DNA from: the human T2T-CHM13v2.0 reference genome, Homo sapiens
Reading direction: 5' to 3'
Length of the DNA: 64,000 bases
Assembly (NCBI GenBank): GCA_009914755.4
Contig: CP086569.2
Span: forward strand, 21,792,001 to 21,856,000
A program made the position numbers and the translations under genes. How positions within the stretch are numbered: the first letter of the stretch is position 1; each line of letters begins with the position of its first letter. Under the pieces are notes generated by a model that was given only the letters and a program-made list of their open reading frames with translations, was not told the origin of the DNA and made no database searches. This document shows positions 44,581 through 57,629 of this stretch, piece after piece.

Positions 44581-44612
44581 GATAAAAAACAAACAAACAA
44601 ACAAAAAAAAAC
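44581..44612. repeat. (CAAA)n / A-rich simple repeat.
   Basis: 'aaaaaacaaacaaacaaacaaaaaaaaac'. Confidence 0.9.
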
Positions 44613-46094
44613 AGAATATGTTGCAGTCTCACCAATGTACTTTAATGTAGTAGTTTCTCATTGTCTGAACTAGTACCTGGGGTGTTTTGTCTTATGTTCA
44701 AGAAAATTAAGGAAAGGGATGGGAGCCTTTCCCATCCCTTGTGAGATGGGAGCCAAGGTTAATAACCGAAAGAAGAAATCTCTCCAGAGCAAAGAGAGGA
44801 GTCTGTGTGGATTGCTGGGTTACAGCTGAATTCACAAGCTTTATAAGAAACTTCTCCCATCTATGCAGCAGTTTGCATAATTTCTCTTATCAGTGAAGAT
44901 GTTTCTACAACTCCTTTTATCTTATGCAGTTTTGGGTATATCTCTAAGCAAGCACAAAGTGGTATCGTTTTTGTTTGTATAACTGTGGGTTTAAGTAAGT
45001 GCCTCACTTCCTGTGCAAGTTCCCACAAAGTGTATGCCTGATAAATGGAGAAAACTTTTTTCCTGTGAGCCTCCTAATTATAAAAAGAAGAAAGGACTTA
45101 TATGCTGGACCCTGTCTGCTTATCTCTGTGCAGGTGCAGCCTTAGCTTTTTTCCTTGGATGCTTTATTTTTACCTGTTGCTGTGACATTTCAGGAGACCT
45201 CTTCTGCAGCTTGAGTCTTCCCTAGCTGATTTTTCCATTTCTTCTCCCTGAGTTCTCAAACATAATGGTGGGGAGAGCTCGGTGGTGGTGACAGCACAGA
45301 AACAAGTGTCCGTGGAGATGGCACCAACAGCACTATGGAGTCTGCCTAGTCATGGCCTCAGGATTGGTGGTACCAGAGAGTGCTGACAGCTGCCCACCTA
45401 ATTGTAAACACTCTATGCTGCTGAGGAGCTATGTGGGCAACAAGATGGGCTTCTGAGGCCTGTGAAGAAAAGTGCAGGGCCTGCCCATGACCCACTCACC
45501 ACCCCTTCACCTTGGGGGTGCTGCAGAAAAAGTCCCGCTATGGGGCTACCAGAGGACTGCACTGTGGCATGATCAAGAGGTAAGCAGTGGGTGTCATGTG
45601 AGCACCTCCTGCCAGCCCCATGCTGTGTGCAGTCAGAGCTGGTGGGGAGCACAGTCCTGGGTGTGTTTTGGGAGGAGGAAAAGTGTTGTGGGTGCAGAAG
45701 GAGGTGTTCTAGTAAGGGAGCAGTGGGCAGGGCTTGTCTCCAGGTCAGGGTCAGAGTTTCATTGGTCTTCATGGGCTGCCAGAAACCCCAGCAGTGAGGC
45801 TGTCACCTCAACAGGTCCTTGCCATTCTCTGGAGAGCCTGCAGGTTCCATGACCTTCCTCCCACCCAGAGCTCCTGGTAGAAGCTGCTAAAGATCTGGCT
45901 GGGGTGAGGGGCTTCCTGGAGACACTGGGACCAGACTTTCACTTGCAGTCTCCAGTGGTACTTCTTCCTGAGGTGGGAGGAGGAGCTGGTGACAGGTACA
46001 CCTGGTCTGGTGTCTTTTTCAGTGCCTGCCATCCCTGTTTTATTCATGTGTACCAACGCTAAGTGTCCTATGAGATGTGGTATTTGTTGTGTAT

Positions 46095-46760
46095 GCAGTA
46101 GCCCAAATAGTATATGATGTGTACTCAGATTCATATGCCACTGAGTGTAGAGGGATTCACATAAACAAGTTGGTGTTCCCAGGTATATATCAAAATGATT
46201 TCTGTTGAGAGGGGTTAAACAGGAGAGTAACATCACCTGGGTGTTGAGCCCAGCAATATGTCACAATATTTTCTTTGGGCATGTCTCAGGCAGCAGAAGA
46301 GATTCACATCAAATAGGTGTTGGACCCAGCAATATGTCACAATTCCCTTTGTGGGCAGAGCTCAGCAAAAGTGGAGAGTCACATTACCTTTTACTAAGCC
46401 CAGCAATATGTCACAAGTTCCCATGTGGATGGGGGCAAGAAATGAGAGTCACACAACATAGGTTTTGGGCCCAGATATATGTAACAATGCCCCCTGTGAA
46501 AAAAAACTCTGGCAGGACAGTGACAACACCTATGTTCTGTATCCAGCAATTTGTCAAGATCTTTTCTGTGGGCAGGGCACAGATGACAGAGAAAAGTCTT
46601 ATTGCCTAGGTTCTGCACACAATAATATTTTACAATTCCCTTGACTGCAGGGCTCAGGCAGAAAAGTCACATCACCTCAGTGCTTGGCCCATATATATCA
46701 TAATGCCAATGAGAGTAGGGTTGTGTTGATGTGCAAATATGAGTCATCATCTCATCTACA
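46095..46760. repeat. Tandem array, period ~71-76 bp, about 9 diverged units (minisatellite/satellite-like).
   Basis: A unit like '(g)cccagcaatatgtcacaat.cc.tttgtgggcag.gctcag.aaaagtggagagtcacat.acct...g.g.t' starts at ~46095, 46170, 46249, 46325, 46399, 46470, 46542, 46615 and 46686. Spacing is 71-76 bp and unit identity ~70-90%. Confidence 0.8.
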
Positions 46761-46959
46761 TTTTAGACACTTTTATGACACTTTCTGTACCATTATGCAG
46801 AATGTTATCTTCTGTGAAAACACAATATACAGAAATGTTATCTTCTGTGATGTAACACTTCTTCTGACTAACGCAGACCCTAACACTAGCCCTAACCTGT
46901 TGCGCAGATCCTAGCTATGATAGTCATCTTCTCTCCCATTGGAGAGAACAGAAGTAAAA

Positions 46960-49900
46960 TACACCTAAAGAAGAGCAACCTCAAGACATAATATCATCAG
47001 ATTGTTGAAGGTTGAAATGAAGGAAAAAATGTTGAGGGCAGCAAGAGAGAAAGATCAGGCTACATACAAATGGAAGCTCATCAGATTAACAGTGGATCTT
47101 TCTATAGAAACACTACAAGCCAGAACAGGGTGGGGGCAAACATTCAAAATTATTAAGGTAAATAATTTTCAAGTCAGAATTTCATATCCAACCAAACTGA
47201 GCTTCATAGATCAAGAAGAAATAAAATTCTTTCCAGACAAGCAAATGCTGAGGAATCTTGTCACCACCAGGCCTGCCTTAACAAGAGTAAGGAAGCATTA
47301 AATATGGAAAGGAAAAACTGGTACCAGTCACTGCAACAACACATTGAAATACAAAACCCAATGACACTAAAAAAACTTTTTCAACGAATGTGCAAAATAA
47401 CTAGCTAGCATCATGATGACAGAATCAAATTCACGTATAACAATATTAACTTAAATGGAAATGCCTAAATGTCCCAAATAAAAGACACAGACTGGAAAAT
47501 TGGATAAAGTGTCAAGATCTATTGGTGTGCTGTAATTAGGAGACCCATCTCACTTGGAAACACACACATAGGCTCAAAATAAAGGAATGGAGGAATATTT
47601 ACCAAGCAAATGGAAAGCAAAAAAGCAAGGATTGTAATTCTAGCCTCTGATAGAACACTTTAAACCAGCAAAGATTAAAAAAGACAAAGAAGAATGTTAC
47701 ATTATGGTAAAGGGATCAATGAAACAAGAAGAACTAACTACTCTAAATAGGTATTCACCCAATACTGGAGCACCAAAATTCATAAAACAAGTTCTTAGGA
47801 CCTTTGAAGGACAGACTTTCACAAAATAATGGTGGGAGAATTTAAAACCCCACAGTCAATATTAGATCAATGAGAAAGAAAATTCACAAGGATATTCAGG
47901 ACTTGAACTCAGCTCTGGACCAAGGGGACTTAACAGACATCTGCAGAATTTTCTGTCCCAAATCAACTGATATACATTCTTCTCAGCATCACAAAGCAAC
48001 TTTTCTAAAATTGACCAATTAATTGGAAGTAAAACACCCCTCAGCAAATACAAAACAATGGAAATCATAACAAAGAGTCTCTCAAACCACTTTGCAATCA
48101 ATTAGAACTCAGGATTAGGAAACTCACTTAAAACTGAAAAACTTCATGGACATTGAACAACCAACACCTGAGTGACTACCGGATAAACAATAAAATTAAG
48201 GCAGAAATGAAGAAGTTATTTGAACCCAATTAGGACGAAGAGACAATGAAGCAGAATCTGTTGAACACACCTGAAGGAGTGTTGAGAGATAAATTTATAG
48301 CAATAAATGCCCACATCAGAAAGCTGGAAAAATCTGAACTCAACACCCAAACATTGCAATTAAAAGAACTGGAGAAGCAAGAAAAATTCAAAACCTAGCA
48401 GAAGACATGAAATAACTAGGATTAGAGAGAACTGAAGCAGATAGAGACACAAAAATAGCCTTGAAAAAAATAAACCCAGGATATGTTTTTTTGAAAAGAC
48501 TAGCAAAATATATAGACCTCTAGCTAGAATAATAAAAAATAAAACAGAGAAGAATCAAATAGACACAATAAAAAATGAAAAAGTGGTTACAACAGAAATA
48601 CACATTACCATCAGCAAATACTGTGGAGACCGTATTCAAATAAACTAGAAAATCTGGAAGAAATGGGTAAATTCTTAGACACATACAGCCTGTCAAGACT
48701 AATTCAGAAAGAAGTTGAGTCCCTGAATAGATCAATAACAGGTTCTGTAACTGAGGTAGTAATTAGTAGACTACTGACCAAAAAAAAAAAAAAAAAAAAA
48801 AAAGTCCAGGACCAGGCAGATTGACAGCTGAATTCTATCAGAGGTACAAAGAGGAGCTGGTACCATTCCTTCTGAAACAATTGTGAACAATAGAAAACAA
48901 AGGGACTCCTCCATAACTCATTTTATGAGGTCAGCATCATCCAGTTACCAAAACCTGGCAGAAACAAAACAACAAAAAAGAAAATTTCAGAACAATATCC
49001 ATGATAAATATCGATACAAAAATTCTCAATAAAATGCTGAAAAACTCAATCCAGTATCACATCATAAAGCTTATCCACCATGATCAAGTTTACTTTATTT
49101 CTGGGATGCAAGGCTTGTTTGACATATGCAAATCAATAAATATTATCAATCACATAAAGAGAACCAATGGCAAAAATCACGAATATCACATGATTATCTC
49201 AATAGATGAAGGCCTTTGATAAAATTCAACACCCCTTCATGCTAAAAACTCTCAATAAACCAGGTGTTGATGAAACATATCTCAAAATAATAAGAGCTAT
49301 TTATGACAAACCCATAGCCAGTATTATACTGAATGTACAAAGTCTAGAAAATTTTTCTTTGAAAACCAGCACAAGATAAGCGTGCTCTCTCTCACCACTC
49401 TTATTCAGCATAGTGTTGGAAGCTCTGGCCATGGCAATTAGCAAAGAGACTGAAATAAAGGATATCCAAGTAGGAATATAGGAAGTCAAATTGTCTGTTT
49501 GTGGATGACACAATTGCATATTTAGAAAACCCCGTCGACTCAGCTGAAAAATTCCTTAGGCTTATAAACAATTCAGCAAAGCCTTGGGGTACAAAATCAA
49601 TGTTAAAAAATCACACACATTTCAATACACCTATGATAGACAAGCAGAGAAACAAACCATCAAAGAACTACCATTCACAATTGCTACAAAGATAATAAAA
49701 TACCTAGAAATACAACTTACAAGGGAAGTGAAGGACCTCTTCAAGGAGAACTGCAAACCACTGTTCAAGGAAAGTTAAGAGAGGACACAAACAAATAAAA
49801 AATATTCATGTTCATGGATAGGAAGAATGAATATCATGAAAATAGCCATAGTGCCCAAAGTAATTGACAGATTCAATGCTTTCTCATTAAGTTACCAGTG

Positions 49901-50366
49901 GCTTTCTTTGCAGAATTTGAAAAAAAAATTACTTTAAATTATATATAGAACCAAAAAATAGCTCATATAGACAAGAAAATACTCAGCAAAGAGAACAAAA
50001 CTTGAGGCATCATGCTACCTCCCTTCAACCTCAACTACAAGATACAGTAACCAAAACAGAATGGTACTGGCACCATGAAAGGGAACAGAGGCCTTAGAAA
50101 TAACAACACACACCTACAAACCAACTGATCTTCAACAAACCTGACAAAAAACAGCAAGGGAAAAAGAATTTCCTATTTAAAAAATGATGCTGGGAAAACT
50201 GAGTAGCCATATGCAGAAAACTGAAATTGGACTGCTTCCCTCACTTTATACAAAAATTAACTCAAGATAGATTAAAGAGTTAAATGTAAAACCAAAAGCC
50301 ATAAAAATTCTAGAATAAAACCTAGGCAATACCAGTCAAGACAAAGGCATGGGCAAAGACTTTATG
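46960..50366 (+). mobile_element. Old 5'-truncated L1 (older L1PA/L1PB-like), 5' part: ORF1 C-terminal half plus most of ORF2. It is split at 50366 by a nested provirus and continues at 58088.
   Basis: ORF 47002..47301 'MLKVEMKEKMLRAAREKDQATYKWKLIRLTVDLSIETLQAR' matches ORF1 'FTKVEMKEKMLRAAREKGRVT.KGKPIRLT.DLSAETLQARR'. Degenerate ORF2 follows, including 49001..49219 '[35 protein letters not shown]'. The last L1 residues before the break read '...DKGMGKDFM'. Confidence 0.8.
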
Positions 50367-50826
50367 TGTGGGAGTTCAGGGAGGATGATGGGGAAAATTG
50401 TGAGCCACATACCTTCTTGGGAAACACGAAGATTTTTGAAAAAGTCTCAGGATAAAGTCATGGCTGAAGGCAACTTAACTCTCACCTTGAGTAAAAGTTT
50501 AAAGTGGATACAAAGAAAGGTAGAATAGTTGACCTAACTATCCTGTTTACTCATGTGGTCCTAAGACTAAACTTTGATCTATGATGGGTGTTTAATTGCT
50601 TTCTACTCGGGAAGTTCACAATGTCAATTACCCTCTAGTGTTGTTTGCTCATGACATTTGTCAATTAATCTTTACTGAATAAATGCAAGTTTCACTGACA
50701 GATTGATGCCACAGCTGCAACTAAGTGGCCCAGGTGCTCAGCTGGACTTGCAAAGCAGAATATCTGTATGTCAGCGTACATTATTCATCCATTGTTGTGT
50801 CAGGGTCTGCAAGACAGGCCCCTGCA
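50367..50826 (+). mobile_element. 5' LTR (~460 bp) of a betaretrovirus-like (class II, HERV-K superfamily) provirus nested in the old L1.
   Basis: Begins 'tgtgggag', ends '...cccctgca'. Collinear at ~80-85% identity with 57630-58087. Shared blocks include 'gcaaaagtctcaggataa', 'caatgtcaattaccctctagtg', 'caattaatctttactgaataaatgcaa' (AATAAA), and 'gctcagctggact.g.aaagcagaatat'. Confidence 0.85.
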
Positions 50827-50828
50827 GT

Positions 50829-50846
50829 TGGTACCCTCATGTGAGG
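50829..50846 (+). other. Candidate primer-binding site 'tggtaccctcatgtgagg', 2 nt after the 5' LTR.
   Basis: A TGG-initiated 18-mer immediately after LTR end plus 'gt', the canonical position for a primer-binding site. Partial resemblance to the tRNA-Leu-type 'TGGTACC...'. The tRNA assignment is uncertain. Confidence 0.35.
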
Positions 50847-51559
50847 AATGCTGCAAAGGAAGCATGACAGACCCCTAAAAATGAAGTTGAAAAAGGAACT
50901 GCATGGTCAGTGAGCAATCAGTAAGTCATTTGTGCCCACTTGGGATTTTCAAGTTTTGGGGGGATTGGTCAGGCTAAGGTTTCATCATGGGAAAATAGTT
51001 ATCAGCTCAACAGAAAAAGTATGTAAAAGTGTTGAAACAGTTGCTTAAGGCTAGCAGAGCATCAGTTTCACAGGCTCAATTAAGGGACCTAATGCAGACT
51101 GTTATCTCACATAATCCAGGGTTCCTAGAAAAAAAGAATGCTAGATGTAGAACCCTGGGAACAAGTATGGAGAAATCTTAAACAATATTATGCATAAGGG
51201 CAATGGGTCCCAACATCATTGTTACACATGTGCTTTAGTACAGATGGCATAGTCCAATTATACACAGAACAGCCTAAAAAGGGGAAGGAGGAAGAAGCAC
51301 CACCTGCTTTACTGACTTTTCCTTCAACCCCAATATCACCAGGCCAAAATAACAAAGAGGAAATTAAGGTTTTATCTGAGTGCCACCTCCAATAAGTACA
51401 AAAAAAAACAAGAAATATATCCCAGCTATAGGACTTTTTCTTAGCTGCATTAGAAAGGGAGGTCTTAGCCTGCCCAATAAAGTAAGACTGATGTAGCAAT
51501 CAGGTACATGAACCAATTTCCTTTAATGCTTATAAAGAGCTAATAAAAAGCATTAAAGA

Positions 51560-52260
51560 AAATGGAGCCACTAGCCCATTTATGAAACAAATTATTGAGG
51601 CATTGGCAGACCACTTCCATATGACCCCACGGGCCTGGTTAATGCTGGCTAAAACAACTCTGGAGCCTAGTCAATACCTCCTCTGGAGGGCAGAATACTA
51701 CAAGTTGTGCAAACAACAAGCCAACCAGAATCAGACAGTAAGGCAAAATATAACAGCTGATATGCTCTGGGGGGAGCTGGGGTCCTCATTCCAGTGAACA
51801 ACAACAACAAAATTTTGATCCCCAGGCCTATGCTCATGTCTCTGTGTGTGCTCTTAGGGCTTGGGACTGAATTCCCAAAAACAGAGTTCAGCAGGGATCT
51901 TTTGTAAATGTTCAGCAAGGGCCTCAGGAGCCATTTGTTGAGTTTATCAATCTGTTAACCCAGAGAATTAAGAGACAAATTAGTCATGTCCAGGCTGCTG
52001 ATATCTTACTGTTGCAACTGGCTTTTGGAAATGCTAATGTGGATTGACAGGAGGCAATGCAGGCAATCAGAGGAAAGGCAACCACAGTCAGGGAGCTAAT
52101 ATGAGCATGTCAGCTGGTAAGAACTGAAACACACAAGGCCAAAATACTGGCTATGGCATTAAGGCCTCCTAAAGTAAAAAGGGAGAGAAGCCAAAATTGT
52201 TTTCTATGAAGAGAGCTGGGGCATATGAAGAGATAAGGCCTGATAGCAGAGATCAAGTTA
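51560..52260 (+). pseudogene. gag remnant: capsid with major homology region, and a nucleocapsid zinc knuckle.
   Basis: ORF 51582..51797 and beyond. '...FVNVQQGPQEPFVEFINLLTQRIKRQI' (51914-51975) matches the capsid major homology region 'QGPKEPF.DYV.RL'. '...KSQNCFL.RELGHMK' (52195-52240) matches the CCHC knuckle 'CFNCGK.GH....C'. Confidence 0.7.
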
Positions 52261-52519
52261 ACTCAGGGAAAGAATCCCCTTCTATACAATCCTAGTGTAA
52301 GAAGGGGAAGCACTGGGCAAATGCAGGTCTAAATTTGATAAAAACGGCAACCCCATAAGAAAGCAGTTGGGAAACTTCATAAGGGGCTAGCCCCAGGCCC
52401 CACTTCCAAATGGGGCAATTCCAGCAGCTTCCCTTGGTCATATTGAAATCTCAGTCCTCTCTCTTAGAGCAGCTACCACTGGAAGCACAGGACTGGATTT
52501 ACTTTGTCCCAGTGGATTA

Positions 52520-52729
52520 GTGCTAAAAGAGGGGGAAGACCCTAAAAGTATTGGGACTGGGATCTGTGTCCCACTGCCACCAGGAACAATATTAGCCCTG
52601 TGTCAGTCTAGCTTATCCAGTAAAGGAATTAATGTGCTCACTGGGGTAATTAATAGTGATTATCAGGGTGAAATATTGGTTAGATGGAATGTAAATATCT
52701 GCATATTCTTTCCCCTGGATCCAAGATAG
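52520..52729 (+). pseudogene. dUTPase domain remnant, placed upstream of protease as in betaretroviruses.
   Basis: ORF 52520..52729 'MLKEGEDPKSIGTGICVPLPPGTILALCQSSLSSKGINVLTGVINSDYQGEILVRWNVN'. 'GVINSDYQGEI' matches dUTPase motif III 'GVIDSDYRGEV'. The preceding frame has '...DLLCPSGL' (motif II-like). Confidence 0.75.
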
Positions 52730-52849
52730 CTCAGTTAATGATTTTTACCATACTGGGTCCCCAGTGCCCATGAAAAAGAAAGAGGAAAGGGAAGTTTTGG
52801 AAGCATAGGAGCCACAGAAGATATTGGAATTAATTAATCATTGATCAGA

Positions 52850-53150
52850 GACCCATGATTACCTTAAAAACTGGAAATAAGAATTTTACTGTCTTATTGG
52901 ACACAGGGGTGGACAATTTAGTCATTAGTGATTAGAACTCACCAGAAACTTGGTCTTGGGTCACTCAGAAACAGAAAATTGTCATCACTGGGGAAACACA
53001 CACAGCCAAGCAGAGCACACACACCCTAACATGCTGTGATTCTGAGGGAAGAAAGGCAGTTATATAACCTTTAATCATGCCCATCCCTGTTAATCTTTGA
53101 GATGGGATGTGTTAGCCCAATGGGAAGTCAATCTGCAGACCCCTTTCTAA
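52850..53150 (+). pseudogene. Retroviral aspartic protease remnant.
   Basis: Translation 'ITLKTGNKNFTVLLDTGVDNLVIS' with the catalytic D-T-G at 52900-52908. Confidence 0.7.
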
Positions 53151-53249
53151 CAAAGGCAACTGTTGTTATTTCTCCCCCATCCCTGATGTGGCTTTCTCAA
53201 GATCTAATTTGGGTAGAACAGTGGCTTCTGAAGGGGGAGAAATTACTGA

Positions 53250-54050
53250 AGGCTCATGCCTTAGTTGAAGAACAATGAAGGCTGGCCATGTGGAATTATC
53301 TCACAGCTCCTGGAATTTGCCCATTTTCATCATTTACAAAAAGTCTGGGAAATGGAGACTTTTGCATGACTTACATGCTATTAATGCTAATTTACAGCCT
53401 ATGGTACCCCTTCAACACGGCTTCCCCTCCCCCACAGCAATTTCTTAAGATTGACCTATAATTGTTATTGACTTAAAAGATTGTTTTATACAATTTCCCT
53501 AACAGAAAATGACACAGAAAAATTTACATTTACAATACCAGCTATCAGTAATGAAAAGCTATATTGTCAATTTCATTGATTAGTGCTTCCTGAAGGAATG
53601 CTAAACAGTCTTAACATATGTCACTATCATGTAAATCAAGCTTTGGTCCCTGGTAGAAAAGCATTTCCTGATTGCAAGATTATTCATTTTATGGATGATA
53701 CTCTACTAGCATCCCCAGATGGAGCCAATAATTTCAAATTTGTATTCCTCTGTTGTACAGAACACACAGCTAAGAGGTTTAAACATTGTGCCTGAGAAAG
53801 TACAGATGTTTTTTTCTTTGAAATCTCTTGAGTATGTACTAACTTCCTGGTCAATAACAATTCAGAAGTTCAAATTAAATGCTAATAACCAAACACTAAC
53901 AACTTACACACATTTAATGATTATCAAAAATTACTGGGAGTCATTAATTGGCCCTGCACCACTTTGGGGATTTCTACTGATAAATTACAAAACCTGTTTT
54001 CTATCTTAAAGGGCATTCCAGCCCTAGATTCTCCCAGATATTTAACCCCT
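53250..54050 (+). pseudogene. Reverse transcriptase remnant.
   Basis: '[27 protein letters not shown]' (compare 'WR.V.DLR.VN......P.VPNP') at ~53340-53420. ORF 53583..53795 has 'DCKIIHFMDDTLLASPDG', the YxDD box as FMDD, at ~53688-53699. Confidence 0.75.
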
Positions 54051-54649
54051 ACAGCAAAAAGAGAAGTCGAGGAAATAGAACTAGCCATCTCTCAGAGGTA
54101 GCTAGATCACATAGGCCAAGGCTTTTAGTTTCAGTTGTTTATCTTTCCCATGAAACATTCCCCTACAGAGTTAATAGGACAAATGGCCCCTAAGCTACAC
54201 TTTCTAGAATGGAATTTTGCTCATGTACTGAGACTAAAACACTATCTCCTTATATTCAGTTAATTACTAAAGTCATTTATTCAGGCTAGAAATGATGTAA
54301 TCAGTTGCTGTGTTGTAATCCTCATGTCACCAGAATTCCTTTAAGTAAAAAGCAATTCTAAACATTATTGTCCTTATTGATAGATCTTCAAATAGGCTTC
54401 TCTGATTACATATGACAAATAGAGCACATGCTTCCTGCTGATAGACCCCTTCATTTCTTATCTCATATGCTGGTAATTTTGTCCACAAAAATACTTCACT
54501 CCCCTCTATCTAATGATTTAACATTGTTCACTGGTGGGTCTGGAAAACACAGAAAAGCAGCAGTCTGGTGGAGAACACACAATTCAGTCACTTGATCTGG
54601 GTTTAATAGAATTCAGACAGCTGAGATTGGGGCTCTGATACTAGCCTTG

Positions 54650-55700
54650 GAAACTTTTTTCACTCAGTTTATAAATATTGTCAGTCTGCATATTCATCCA
54701 ATTAGAGCAATACTCTATTTATTTATTGCACAACATTGAGACAGCCCTAATTAAGTCCACTCAGGAGCCAGCCCTGTGTGCTCTTTTTCTCCAACTTCAG
54801 CATTTGCTAAATCAATGTACATATTCTATTTTTATTACACATATTCAAGCCCACAGCTCACTGCCTGGACTTTTGGCTTATGGCATTAATCAAGCAGACT
54901 TTGAAGTTATGACAAGACTACTTGACCAAGCCACCCAATCACATCAATTTTTCCACCCAAACTGAAGAAACTTATCTAAGCAATTTCAACATACCCAAGA
55001 CTAGCTATGCAAATTATCCTGCAATGCCCAGATTGCCAGCTCACAGGCGTTCCTCTCCTTCAATAGATGTTAACACTAGAGGACTAGAACCTAATCATTT
55101 ATGGCAAACAAATGTTATACACATCCCTGAATTTGGAAAACATGTATCCAATGATACTAACACTCATTTAATTAGTGCACATACTCTGCCTGGAGATTCA
55201 ACTTGATATATCATTAAACATCTTCATTTAACTTTTAAATTTATGGGACGACCCACAATAATTAAGACTGATAATGGTCCAGCTTATGCCAGCTCACAAT
55301 TTCAAGAACTTTTTTACATGTGAAGCATCCAACATTCCACACATATCTCATATAACCTCCAAGGACAAGCAATAGTAGAATGTGCCCACTCCATCCTTAA
55401 AAATATGCTCAAAAAACAAACATGGGGAGTATGGGTAAAGACCCTGCAACACAATTGGCAGAAGTCTTATTTACTCTTATTTTTTTTAATTTAGATGACA
55501 AATTTCAATCAGCTGTAGAAAAGCATTTTGTTAAAACCTCTTAAGGCATAAAACCTGCAATTTTATGGAAAGATGTAAATAGTAATGAATGGTGTGGTCC
55601 AGGTAAATTACTAACATGGAGAAGAGGGTATGCTTGTGTCCACACCCTCTCGGTCCTCTTTGGATTCCAGCATGGCACATCACCTCATACCATGGCATGG
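54650..55700 (+). pseudogene. RNase H / integrase region remnant.
   Basis: ORFs 54678..54965 and 54922..55206. Downstream 'RPTIIKTDNGPAYASSQFQE' (55261-55320) matches the integrase catalytic-core 'K.TDNGP.F.S..F' block. Confidence 0.6.
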
Positions 55701-56879
55701 CTAGGACCCCACCTGGTACCAGGGCTGAAGGAGCTAACCCTGCAATACCCATAGCCCCAAGCAATGTGGCTTCCATGGATGACACAAGCGCCAGGTATTA
55801 CCTAGGGGATGCTGAAGAGCACAACTCAAGAGGCTGAAATAATCCTTCTCTGGACACACACACCATTAACTCCAGATAAGTTATTTCTTTCTATGCTTTC
55901 TGTTGTACACTGCAACTCACATATGGTATTAATCCTTTTTATACTCTCACTTTCTCCGCAAACTGTTCCTGCTACACTCTATTGGGCTTGTATTTTAGAC
56001 TGGCTTTTCTTTTGCCCTGTCACCCAGGCAGACACTCCCTTCCCAGCCTATAATAATGTGACTGCTTGGCTAGGAGGGATAGAATTTATCCCCAGTGGGG
56101 TCTGTCAATAATTGCACAGATTGGAATAAGGTGCTAGATAATGCTACATATCACTCCACTATTCTACCACTGACTGTAAGTTACAAAGGCTCTAAGCCTT
56201 ACTATTTACCTTCACAAAAACAAGTATGACTACATCATGGCAAAGGAAACTTTGCCTTAACATTCTTAGCTGTAGGTAGCCTCAAACTGGGCAATGCAAG
56301 CAATGTCACCTTCTCAAATATTCTTTCCTGTGCTAAAGAACAATGCCGGGAAAATAATGGATTTCACTTTTGCTAAGAAGTCTGTTATAGGAAAAAGGCC
56401 CATAGCCTCTAGTTAGGCTATTATAACATCTTAGACTGGAGCCCCCACAGCCGATTTCAGGGCAGCCTTACTAATGTCTTTGTCCATCATGGCATCATTC
56501 AGTTTCATAGCCACACTCCATTCCCCTATGATTTGGGCCTGTATGGGGATGGGATATCCCAGACCTCAAGTAAAGTCCATGCCACCCCAAGGCAACTTAT
56601 GACTGCTGGGACATCCTAGCAACTCCCTTAACACCTCTCATGAGACATGTCATAATTCCAGTCACAACTGGAATTATTCATAATCACACTAATCAGTGCC
56701 TGATTTGCATTATAAATCCATATGTTTTTCTTATGGCAACTAACATTTCCATTACACCCCAAAACTCCCCAGGTGACCCAGGTTTAGAGACAGGCTTGAT
56801 TTCCCTCATGTATCACTAATCACAATATATCTAATTTAAAAATTACTAGTGTCATGGTACTAAGGAGATAATCTGAGGC

Positions 56880-57450
56880 ATTTCTACCAGTCAATCTGTT
56901 CTTCTGCCCTTGACACCTTAGAACATTCTCTGTCACAGGTCAGACACAAAAGATTCATAGTTACACTTATGGCCTTTATAGTCTCAGCCATAGTCATCCT
57001 GTCAACTGCTAGCTTTGCTGTTGCATCTATTACTGAGTCAGAACAAACAGCTGCCTTTGTAGATAATGTGGCCAAAAATGTGTCTAATAAACTTCTTTTA
57101 CAACAAGGTATAGATCAAAAATTTATTTCATACCTACAAGCCCTCAAGACTGCTTTAGAATATGTAGGTCAATGACAAGATGCATTGGAATTCTGACAGC
57201 AATTAAACTGTGACTGGGAACGTAAACATATCTGCATCACTTCTCTAGCATGGAGTCTGTCAATAAATAATTGATATGAGGTAAAACAACACCTTTAGGG
57301 AAGCTTTTATGACAATTTAATAGCAGACGTAAAGCAACTTATACATTTTAGAATCCCTTCACACCGTAGACCTATACATTCAACAAACAGCCATATGGAA
57401 TGGTGTGCAAGATCATTTCTCCTGATTAGAACCCCCACCGTTGGGGGTCA
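56880..57450 (+). pseudogene. env transmembrane-subunit remnant.
   Basis: ORF 56969..57175 'MAFIVSAIVILSTASFAVASITESEQTAAFVDNVAKNVSNKLLLQQGIDQKFISYLQALKTALEYVGQ' looks like a hydrophobic fusion peptide followed by a heptad-repeat helix. Downstream are '...LNCDWE' and a hydrophobic membrane-span-like stretch 'LIVFMIILCYLLILG' (ORF 57469..57666). Confidence 0.5.
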
Positions 57451-57610
57451 CTCTTTGACTGGAAAAGAATGTGGCTAATTGTATTCATGATTATTTTATG
57501 TTATTTGCTAATACTAGGATGCAAAGCTGGAATAAGAGCAATGACTGCCACAACTAACAGATTAGTTGCTGCACACATCTGCATTCTCCAATCCAAAAGA
57601 TCTGATGCAG

Positions 57611-57629
57611 AAAAAAATAAAGGGGGAAA
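57611..57629 (+). other. Polypurine tract immediately upstream of the 3' LTR.
   Basis: 'aaaaaaataaagggggaaa' directly abuts the LTR start 'tgtggggg' at 57630. Confidence 0.7.

Larger units (their letters stand above)
50847..57610 (+). mobile_element. Internal region of the provirus, with gag-pro(dUTPase+PR)-pol-env order. All reading frames are disrupted.
   Basis: Located between the two LTRs. Domain remnants are in the order typical of betaretroviruses; each is listed as a separate feature. Confidence 0.8.

Noticed and set aside
46095-46760. The ~73-bp tandem array, considered as a CRISPR array.
   Set aside because: The units are contiguous with no unique spacers between conserved repeats. 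Units are mutually diverged (70-90%) rather than near-identical. There are no cas genes or leader, and the context is primate DNA. It is a minisatellite.
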